Shown here: positions 10,501-17,424 of the stretch, in pieces
Position numbering within the stretch: position 1 is the stretch's first letter
Layout: every line of letters begins with the position of its first letter
DNA from: Firmicutes bacterium UBA5389
GTDB taxonomy: Bacteria; Bacillota; DTU025
Assembly: GCA_002409965.1 (NCBI GenBank)
Contig: DHON01000105.1
Location: forward strand, 5,461-69,460
Length of the DNA: 64,000 nucleotides
Direction: 5' to 3'
The notes under the pieces: generated by a model
What the model saw: only the letters and a program-made list of their open reading frames with translations
What the model was told of the DNA's origin: nothing
Database searches by the model: none
Translations under genes and position numbers: made by a program

Positions 10501-11369
10501 GCCCGCCTGAGGAATGCTGCCAAATCCGCAAGGGTATCAACGCCGTTATCTCTCAACAGACTGCGGCCCGCGGTAGTCAGATACGGAACCAGGGACACAC
10601 TCTGAGTTTCTTTGGCCTCTTCCCAGCAGTGTTCGAAATACTCACACCACTCGCACCTGTAGTTGAGGTGCCACGGCGCCTCAAGAGGATCGCACGACGT
10701 GATGCGGGGCAGCTCAACTCGGAGGAATTCCATCACGTAGAGCCTTATGGGTTCCTCGTCGAATACCTCGGGAGAGTCGGCTCCATATAGCCAGATGGCG
10801 GAGTCCTCGTATGACAGCTCTCCTGCGATACCCTGCGAATCCAGCACATGCTGCAGAATCAGCGCATACAGGCAGGTCTGCACCTTGTGCGACGTCTTCA
10901 GAGCGTCGGACGCCTTGACATCAATGACGCGGAAGGCGCGCTTGCGCCCCGGCAGGCGTTGTATGAGGTCAGGCCTGCATTGGCCGAACGACACCTCTTT
11001 CGGGTTCAGGTTGTAGTCCTCATAGAAGGACGGTGGGGCCTTCAGTGTGGCCTGGTAGAGGTATTCGCCGCTCTTCATCTGAGCCAGGCACCTGAGGCCG
11101 TCGCGCACCTCGAAGGTTCTCTCAGTAACGCGCTGATCGCCCGGGCCCGGCGCGATATGAACCTTGCCCGCGATCCTCTCCTCAATCACCTGCTGTTCCC
11201 ACTCGTACCCTCCCTGCAAGATAGCCCTGGTCACAGGGGAGTGATCGTACGGCGGGACGTAGATTCCGCGCCGGCGCTTCTCATCCTTGGCAATCGATCC
11301 AAACAGCAAGCATCGGTCACATTCGTGGTAGAAATGGCGAGCGATGCGAGACGGCGATAGTGAGTACAA
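7545..11369 (-). CDS. Dna2-like nuclease-helicase of 1274 aa: N-terminal Cas4/RecB-type PD-(D/E)xK nuclease with a Cys cluster, C-terminal SF1 Upf1/DNA2-family (AAA_11/AAA_12) helicase
   Basis: N-terminal region: 'FRVIDVKASD' and 'CLYALIL', plus 'YRCEWCEYFEHCW' (the C-x2-C-x5-C of Cas4/AddB-type Fe-S nucleases). Helicase motifs: 'LVWGPPGTGKTHFLA' (Walker A), 'AVVIDEGSQV' (motif II), 'DDKQLSPI', 'VDKMQGQECEVVIVS' and 'NVAVTRAKSKCIVF'. Confidence 0.8.
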   Translation of the reverse strand: MYSLSPSRIARHFYHECDRCLLFGSIAKDEKRRRGIYVPPYDHSPVTRAILQGGYEWEQQVIEERIAGKVHIAPGPGDQRVTERTFEVRDGLRCLAQMKSGEYLYQATLKAPPSFYEDYNLNPKEVSFGQCRPDLIQRLPGRKRAFRVIDVKASDALKTSHKVQTCLYALILQHVLDSQGIAGELSYEDSAIWLYGADSPEVFDEEPIRLYVMEFLRVELPRITSCDPLEAPWHLNYRCEWCEYFEHCWEEAKETQSVSLVPYLTTAGRSLLRDNGVDTLADLAAFLRRADAPSILDGSATLGGQEEKLEYAVEALTTDEVVASGGATPAMPRGENVRLVLTLQREPVSGLTYAAGLLRTGSNEVFSADSYDARQFVASCPDECEDVRRDFVLALYEVFQELDDYNAAHSEWKDKKSLQTYVFDSYEADLLRELLLEALSDPDVAEEALALLFHFQSEDLMSTEERPDETADSPLVALTSVIRRLFQMPIAVAYQLGDVLAAFNDEDSSDSFSYEVDAYWDFAFSNRLKSDAIFDVWYRGKSDYVERIGRRLRIRLWAARNVVDRIRDHADNLFAWPPKFRMPMPDDFSDPVLSRLAFMTRYESVMDYLSIRNVRTLTRLERERAGTTIPIVAAGEGIFVTTSPEIEQLVGQWRLLLTEDSEDGEMAQMRFADYRWRNKWFVPKNAALAFAEICGEIEVEGDRRRFTLRIKPGPESPNIVPGRRYLLHPAFTDFNTDRVIGRLREIDQSGAAPATTVLTSPHSLLGPRTALKGPVRKEIERLLKRRERRDRFTDSQLDALSHIIDNQLTLVWGPPGTGKTHFLALAVLTLLEAATRARRPMRILVTAFTHAAIENCLRKIDSLREDLGMDQDDAPLAKLGPVYTQGCEGIDCIDRDGAMGFIGRNEQCIVGGTVYSMLKAFRSQPGPRPFDAVVIDEGSQVKAAESLLAISRLSPAGRLIIAGDDKQLSPIINGVYPEVGPDEPVLHRSVFEAVREHDREANTITCQLLENFRMNTSLCSFSADCLYGPGYRSANERVGERRMPIAAPRSAGGSARRGSAGSRTERQWVETVIDPAYSWTMCVLEDVQTGAANWAEAELVAELTCELRRRLKDESTNRPFPDTMAGDAAFWQRGLFIVSPHHAQISAIKQELDRRNLRAPHFVDTVDKMQGQECEVVIVSYGLADPECAMIEGEFIYSLNRFNVAVTRAKSKCIVFVPRPLLKPCLSVLENPETAMGAGMMRRLGMHTAAGQALDFTVKCDMHPEGTRLAVYRR

Positions 11370-11460
11370 TACAGACTACCTCCCAAGCACTTCAGCGCGG
11401 ACACCGCGGGGCTCAACCCTCTACCGTCCGTTCCCTCCGCGGTAGATGTTGCCGCTGGGA

Positions 11461-11754
11461 TCATGCCGTTCCACGTGTTGCTTCTCGGTATCGCGCAAGT
11501 CGTCCTTTCTCGCAGACGGCTTGGCCTCGCCAAACTATCCACTGCTTCTTCGGATCGAGCCTTCCCGAGCGTACATGCTGCTGCTGCCTAACCCGAAGAT
11601 CCTCGGTCTGCCCGATGTACTTAATCTCGCCCGTCCTCTTGTCGATGTGCCTGTAGACACCCGGAGCATTCGGAATGGGACACTCCGAACCCTCGGTCTG
11701 GTCGGTCTTCTTCATGCGACCCGGTGGGATCGCTGACTTCTTGCCGCAAGACAT
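11461..11754 (-). CDS. Small GIY-YIG nuclease-domain protein (YhbQ/UPF0213-like)
   Basis: 'GVYRHIDKRTGEIKYIGQTEDLRVRQQQH' fits GIY-(x9-11)-YIG...R...H spacing. The true start may be an internal Met. Confidence 0.6.
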   Translation of the reverse strand: MSCGKKSAIPPGRMKKTDQTEGSECPIPNAPGVYRHIDKRTGEIKYIGQTEDLRVRQQQHVRSGRLDPKKQWIVWRGQAVCEKGRLARYREATRGTA

Positions 11755-11843
11755 ATCTCAGTCCTCCCGATTGGCGAATCTGCTATGGAGAGCAGAGTAA
11801 GCCGGATACTCTTGTGATTGCAGCGTCCATCTGCATACCTGCT

Positions 11844-12482
11844 CTAGTTGCCTAACAAGTCTTCGAGGATCAGCAACGCGGCAAGAGTCCTATTGAACAC
11901 CCTACGTGCCGTGCCCCACCCCGATGCTCTGAATTCCTCTTCATCTCTCTCGTACTTGTCTATTAGCGCGCTCATCTCTTGCTCACGTTGCTTCTCCGCA
12001 TCCAGCAGGGGCGTCTCCACCGGCTTCTCGATCCCAAACACCGCATTCAGTCGTGCTATCACCTGCCCAACCGGCTCATCGCCGTCTAGTTCATCCACTA
12101 TGTAGCTGCACCCATCCACAGTCTTGACATACGCGACCTCGTACTTTACCTCCCTATCAACAGGCCCGTTCTTGGCGATCGCCGGGTGATCTATCTGCTC
12201 GGTGAATGTCTGGTATGCGATGCCGTAGCTCCGGATCGTGGATGTTCTTATCACGTCCTTGCCCACCTGAACAAAGGCCGGGCATGCGTCCGCGATTATG
12301 TGCACCTTGATCGCTTTGGCTCCTTTGGGACTGCTCTCCGCCTCAAACTCGACTCTGGCACCTACTTCAGGCAGTTCTGGCGGCTGCACGTCGCTCACGT
12401 GGAAAAAGTACTTCTTGCCTTCGTAGTCATAGATGAACCCGAATCCGCGATCAGGAAAGTACTTTCTGATTATGCCACGCAT
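11844..12482 (-). CDS. Cold-shock-domain (CSD/OB) protein with a ~140-aa C-terminal extension of unknown function
   Basis: N-terminus 'RGIIRKYFPDRGFGFIYDYEGKKYFFHVSDV' matches the CspA-type RNP1/RNP2 pattern (GxVKWFNxxKGFGFI...DVFVHxS). Confidence 0.65.
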   Translation of the reverse strand: MRGIIRKYFPDRGFGFIYDYEGKKYFFHVSDVQPPELPEVGARVEFEAESSPKGAKAIKVHIIADACPAFVQVGKDVIRTSTIRSYGIAYQTFTEQIDHPAIAKNGPVDREVKYEVAYVKTVDGCSYIVDELDGDEPVGQVIARLNAVFGIEKPVETPLLDAEKQREQEMSALIDKYERDEEEFRASGWGTARRVFNRTLAALLILEDLLGN

Positions 12483-12683
12483 GGATCAACACTCCCCGCT
12501 TCATGTGTTCTCAGCAGTTCTTCAACACTGACTGCCCCGCCGTGCGTGATTGACTCTAGATACGCCACTCGCTCTTCCCGGTGCTCAAGCCTAGCCAAAG
12601 GCGTTCCGGCTACGATGGGACCGTCTGGTGCCAGAACCGGAACGCCCTACAGTAACATCATGGGTAACGAAATGCGCCAGGTT

Positions 12684-13211
12684 CTACTTGGGCATGAAAA
12701 AGAGAGATTGTATCTCAGATTTCCAGTCACGGTCTCCAACCAGTTGGTTGAAGTTCAGCGAGTAGCTGGCGGCTTCTACTAGGTCGCCTGATACACGCGT
12801 GGGGCGATGTGGCACGCCATTGTCATCAGTCCAAGCATCAAAGTCAAAACGACCGATCAAGGTGTGCTTATTGAGCGAGGTGATTCTGCGAACAAGTGGA
12901 ACGAAATCGCTGTCCCCTGTGATCAGCACAGCAACGTCATACCGATCCTCATGTGCGAAGTCAAGCACGTCAATTGCCAGCTCGACATCGACACCCTTCT
13001 GAGCTAGGCGATACTTTACATCGTCTTCGCCCGGGCACGGCTTCGGGATCTCGCGAACGGGTAGAAAATGCGGGGTGATACCAGCGACAATAAGCGCCAT
13101 CTCGAAGTCGCGTTCTTTCTGAAGCTGTCTTTCATCTGCCACATTCGTACTCGTGCGTCCGTCGTAGTAGTGGGCCGCAACTACTTTGGTAACGTCGACT
13201 GCTGCCTTCAC
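12684..13211 (-). CDS. NYN-domain (LabA-like, PIN-fold) putative ribonuclease
   Basis: 'KGVDVELAIDVLDFAHEDRYDVAVLITGDSDFVPLVRRI' is the characteristic NYN acidic-residue core. Confidence 0.75.
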   Translation of the reverse strand: MKAAVDVTKVVAAHYYDGRTSTNVADERQLQKERDFEMALIVAGITPHFLPVREIPKPCPGEDDVKYRLAQKGVDVELAIDVLDFAHEDRYDVAVLITGDSDFVPLVRRITSLNKHTLIGRFDFDAWTDDNGVPHRPTRVSGDLVEAASYSLNFNQLVGDRDWKSEIQSLFFMPK

Positions 13212-13546
13212 CTTGGCAGCGACATAGGTCTCCAGAAAGTGATGAAGGTTTGGAAGCGAAAACCATCCGCGTTGCGCAAATTACCGGAAATAGACCTGCC
13301 CCTGCCGAAAGTAGCTGCCATCGTAGAACACCATCACTCTGACAGCCTCCATGGTGCATACCTGCCTTTCACTGTTGTTTGGTAGCCCTGTCAGCTTTTC
13401 ATGTGCGCTATCCCGATAGACCGAGCCAGTGAACCACCTCCTTTGCGTCCAGCAAGCGACGGATCGTGAGAGGTTGGCAGTGCGCTTCCAGGTCGCTTAT
13501 GATGCGTATTCGCCCGCCGATGATGGGCGTGCAGAATGCTACCGCC

Positions 13547-14365
13547 TCACTCGATATCGTCCAGGATAACCTGCCCGCGGAGCACCGCAGTGGCAAACGC
13601 GTCCGTTACTCCGCTCTCATCAACCATTGGCGCACTGATGATGTCGGCGATGGCTTTGACCGCTCGCAACGCCTGAGCCATGCATCGCTCTATGGTCGCA
13701 GCGTCTGAACGTTCAGACGGCTGCATGAGGTTGAGGGTCAGCTCCGTAACGTAGCCAGCCAATGCGCTCAGAGCGTCCTTCCCCTGCGATACGCTGGATT
13801 CGATTCGCCACAGTCTCCGTTCGTCGCGCCTCAACATCTGTGTCCAGGCTTGCGTGTGTTCGAGGTACTCCTCAGCCTCCTTAAGGTAAGATTGGGCCCT
13901 CTGCAGGCGGTAACCGTCAAATGGGAGCTCATCAGGTGGAACTAGGGGCACCACCGGGGGCGTCGCCCAGCGCCTGGGATCAAGCACGTCTAGCAGGCCC
14001 AAAAAGCCGGACGGAGCCCTGGGTGATCTGCCTCTGACCGCATCTGCGTCGTCCGCGCATGACTGCGCAATAGCGCGCACCATCGCCACCTGGGCCTCTC
14101 GGTCGGCCTCGGAAAAACCGGCGCAAGATTGTAGTTCCGTCACTCTGCTTGACCACTGAGTGATAACGGTTTGGTTGATCGTCAGAGCACCGGCGGCAAA
14201 CTCATCAATAGCAATCTGAGCTGCGTCTGCAGCTGCCCTCAGCCATTCGCTGGACTCGTCGCATATCTCCTTGGCCGATTCAACTATGCGATTGGCTTTT
14301 TCGGTGAGCTTTCCGGCCTGAAGAACCTTCCAGCGCATCATGATCCCGAGCGGACCCATAGGCAT
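13547..14365 (-). CDS. Hypothetical protein of 272 aa
   Basis: Long minus-strand ORF, consistent with the strand organisation; no motif recognised. Confidence 0.4.
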   Translation of the reverse strand: MPMGPLGIMMRWKVLQAGKLTEKANRIVESAKEICDESSEWLRAAADAAQIAIDEFAAGALTINQTVITQWSSRVTELQSCAGFSEADREAQVAMVRAIAQSCADDADAVRGRSPRAPSGFLGLLDVLDPRRWATPPVVPLVPPDELPFDGYRLQRAQSYLKEAEEYLEHTQAWTQMLRRDERRLWRIESSVSQGKDALSALAGYVTELTLNLMQPSERSDAATIERCMAQALRAVKAIADIISAPMVDESGVTDAFATAVLRGQVILDDIE

Positions 14366-14805
14366 TTGATCACCTCCAATATGCTGGTCAAGCAGCGTGA
14401 AACTGGGGCGTGCGATTTCCCGGAGTAATGCCGAGGTGAGCCGAGATCCGTTCGCCGCTAGGCATCACCTTATCGAAGAGCATTGAGCATGACCAGGATT
14501 GACCATCGTCTTGTTCTTACCTTCTCAATTCCGGATGATGTGATTCCTCGTGAAAACTGGGCAGTCTCAGTCGCCTTGTTTCACTGAAGTCATGTGCTCA
14601 GGTCGCCACCTCGTAAGTTGCAGATCTGTTGACGTGGTTCGTGAATTGCAGTCCCTATTGATGAGTCGACAATTGCTCTATCCGAGCGATTCATTAGCCA
14701 ATTACGGTTGCTCAGTTAGGATCCGGTCTACACGGTGGAATGTCTTCAGTCCTTAGGCATCTTCCCGGAACGGCAGTCCATCGCTCAGCAAGCAGCAACT
14801 CCAGT

Positions 14806-16272
14806 TCACATGCGAAAGACAGTCTCGTCGGAGAGCATGAAGGCATCGAACTCATCCCGAGTCATGAGTCTGGCATCTACTCCCAGTATAGAAAGCAGAC
14901 CATGAAGTGCCGTACACCATGCATCGCAATCGTCTCTTGCTGATGCGGCATCCATCTGAAGCTCATAGGACTCGCACTGCCTATCCATAGCCTTAAGCGC
15001 AATAGCAAGCTCTCCCTCGAACATGGCTCTTTGAGCCCCAGATTCAGCGCAGATTACCTGCGACAGTTCCTGGAGTTGATCTGCTTCTGCTTTTGCCCGT
15101 TCAGCCTCGATCACTGCATCAGCAACAACCTTCTTGGCGACTGAGCAAACGACAAATCCAACAAAGGCAGCTGGGGCAGCAGGGCCAAGGCCTAATACCG
15201 GGAGACCGCGCTCTAGTAATGCACTTAGTCCATGGCGATAAGCCGTCCTGAAGGCGTCAGCTATGATCCGTTGTCCCGCCTCAGCCACCGTGAGCTCCCC
15301 TTTGCAGAGGCTATCCAAAGCATCGGTAGCGCAAATCGCCATATCTGCGACCGCCGATGAGAAGATACTCTGGTTCACGGGACCGTGGGATTTCTTCATG
15401 CATTCCCAAGCCCCTGCGAACTTGCCCTCACCCTTCTGCGCGACTGTTTCAGCAGCATTCCTAACAGTAACACTCGCAAGCGTGTGCGCCACCTGGGCCT
15501 TTACCGAATCTGCAGCCACAGTCCCGACTCTCTCAATGGCATCCCCCAAACTTGACTGACCTGACAGAACATCAGGAAGCGAGCCCACAGCCTCTATGCT
15601 TGCGCTGAATGCCGCTGCATCTCTAATCGCCGATGGGAGAGCGGTTCCTGTTTCCCTCACGGTCGCCTTCCCAACATTGTAGGTTGCATATGCAACCGGA
15701 AATCTAGTGGCAATCTCTACTTCCAGCGTAGAGACTCTGCTGGGCTTGACCTTACTCTCCACATCCTGGTAACGGCGTGCTTCGTCCTCTAACTGCGCCC
15801 TACTAGCCCTTTCCCTTAGCTTAGCCTTCACTTCATCAGCTATCGCCTTGGGGACCACGAATTCGTCGCTATCCTGATACTTTTCGAGCACTATCTGACG
15901 AACCGCCCGCTCTACTGCGGTTTCGCCAGTGTAGTGTTTCATCTGCACTCGCTTGACTACCTTGCCGTTCTTGAGAATCTCGATGTCAACACTATCCCGT
16001 GAACGACCATCGCTAGCTGTAGTGCGCGCGCCCTGTTGGAGACGCTTCTTGAAGGCCTCCTCATTGATTCTTTTGACTTCTAGTTCTTCAGCAACATAAC
16101 CGCGGCGCTTCTCTACAGAGATGCGCTTCTTCGCAATTGCAACATTCGTTGCTTGAGCGGTGCCCTTTATGATGGTTTCGCTAAGAAGGTGGACAGTATG
16201 TGCCGCATCAAGCCCCGTCAGCGTAGCCCGCACATGTGCGAGGGACTGCTCCTCCTCCCTCTTCTCTTCCAT
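14806..16272 (-). CDS. Hypothetical protein of 488 aa: charged and coiled-coil N-terminal half, C-terminal hydrophobic Gly/Ala-rich segment; possible paralog of the upstream 382-aa protein
   Basis: Hydrophobic stretch 'GLPVLGLGPAAPAAFVGFVVCSVAKKVV' is followed by a charged helix 'EAERAKAEADQLQ', with an AxxADS/H-containing region before it. The 382-aa neighbour shows the same arrangement. Its start overlaps the upstream stop (16272/16276). Confidence 0.5.
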   Translation of the reverse strand: MEEKREEEQSLAHVRATLTGLDAAHTVHLLSETIIKGTAQATNVAIAKKRISVEKRRGYVAEELEVKRINEEAFKKRLQQGARTTASDGRSRDSVDIEILKNGKVVKRVQMKHYTGETAVERAVRQIVLEKYQDSDEFVVPKAIADEVKAKLRERASRAQLEDEARRYQDVESKVKPSRVSTLEVEIATRFPVAYATYNVGKATVRETGTALPSAIRDAAAFSASIEAVGSLPDVLSGQSSLGDAIERVGTVAADSVKAQVAHTLASVTVRNAAETVAQKGEGKFAGAWECMKKSHGPVNQSIFSSAVADMAICATDALDSLCKGELTVAEAGQRIIADAFRTAYRHGLSALLERGLPVLGLGPAAPAAFVGFVVCSVAKKVVADAVIEAERAKAEADQLQELSQVICAESGAQRAMFEGELAIALKAMDRQCESYELQMDAASARDDCDAWCTALHGLLSILGVDARLMTRDEFDAFMLSDETVFRM

Positions 16273-16275
16273 TAT

Positions 16276-17424
16276 CTATGCCCCACCCTCAACAGCACTC
16301 AATTCTAGCGACTTTCGCGCAGTTTTGATGGCTGAACCAATCTCGGGCGTAAGAGCACCATTCTCGTCTAGCATAGGAACTGCAAACAAGGCGTTTATCG
16401 CCTTAGTCATCTGAGCCATTTCGTATATCGTCTGCTTGTCCTCATCTGCATAAGCATCGTATACCGCACCCTTTTCCTGGATTACGCAATCGGCCTCTGT
16501 GATGAGTTCCTTAAGCCTGTTTCCCATACTTCCTGCTACACGAGAATAACTGCCTGCAACGCTCCTAATGCCTCGAAGCGCCGTTTCAGCGTTGCGCATC
16601 TCCTCTGCTGCTATCTTTGCCCTATAATAGGCTGACCGAGCCCCGTCTTTATTAGCCTCAGCCTTGCTATACGCAACGATACTTCCAACCATCAGGGCTG
16701 GCCCTGCCGCCAATCCTCCAAGTATGGCAACTCCGCCTGCCATCCCCAACCCACCGGCTGCAAGCGAGCCGCCGCCGATATAGGCCAGCGTTGCGTTTTT
16801 AGCTGTAACGCCCACCAGACCAGCGATTTTCGTGCCAGTAGAAGCGGTGCCTATGAGAGCCGCAGTTCCATATGTAGCCATCCCCACGAAAACGCCACTC
16901 GTTCCTGTAGCTAGGGCTCCTGAAAGTGCCTGGGCACCCAAATTCGACGTGTGCGCAATACTAGTACGCTCTGAATCTGCAATAGTGTCAACTGCTGCCC
17001 GAATCTCAGCCGGGAGTTCTCCCCGCTCTACCGATTTCTCAAAGATCAACATGACCTCTGTAAATCGTTGGAACTGATCCTTGGCGATCCTTGCTTTCTT
17101 ACGCCCGAGCGATACTAGAGCCTTTTGCGTCCGTACTCGCTCATCTTCAAGAGCCCCCCTGGCGCTGTCGAAGACACGTTCGCCCTCGTCCGCAGCGTGA
17201 TGGCCTGCTCGATGAGACCGGCGTCGGTATTCCGATCCTGCCCATCGACGACCTGGCGTTTCGTGAACTCGTGCAGCCTGGCAGATGTTATGCGCAGGTC
17301 GGGGAGCGGCCTTCAGTCCTTCAGCCCCTGTCAGACAAGATGTTGCTGGTTGCGTCCTGGTGGGCGGAACCCTCCCACCACGCCGGAGCCCCGCTAACAA
17401 ACGCGCGACGGACGCGAGTCTCAA
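16276..17424 (-). CDS. Glycine-zipper membrane-associated protein (ORF of 382 aa; true start probably internal, e.g. GTG near 17.1-17.2 kb)
   Basis: It has 'GTSGVFVGMATYGTAALIGTASTGTKIAGLVGVTAKNATLAYIGGGSLAAGGLGMAGGVAILGGLAAGPALMVGSIVAY', which contains repeated GxxxG/A motifs. The 5' ~100 nt overlap the J-domain ORF end (17321). Confidence 0.5.
   Translation of the reverse strand: MRLASVARLLAGLRRGGRVPPTRTQPATSCLTGAEGLKAAPRPAHNICQAARVHETPGRRWAGSEYRRRSHRAGHHAADEGERVFDSARGALEDERVRTQKALVSLGRKKARIAKDQFQRFTEVMLIFEKSVERGELPAEIRAAVDTIADSERTSIAHTSNLGAQALSGALATGTSGVFVGMATYGTAALIGTASTGTKIAGLVGVTAKNATLAYIGGGSLAAGGLGMAGGVAILGGLAAGPALMVGSIVAYSKAEANKDGARSAYYRAKIAAEEMRNAETALRGIRSVAGSYSRVAGSMGNRLKELITEADCVIQEKGAVYDAYADEDKQTIYEMAQMTKAINALFAVPMLDENGALTPEIGSAIKTARKSLELSAVEGGA

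Noticed and set aside
8764-10605. Several plus-strand ORFs of 100-170 aa (8764-9198, 9084-9584, 9909-10301, 10109-10510, 10282-10605) and the minus ORF 8809-9414
   Set aside because: All are antisense or out of frame within the 1274-aa helicase gene. They are Arg/Pro/Ala-rich, as expected for off-frame GC-rich readings.
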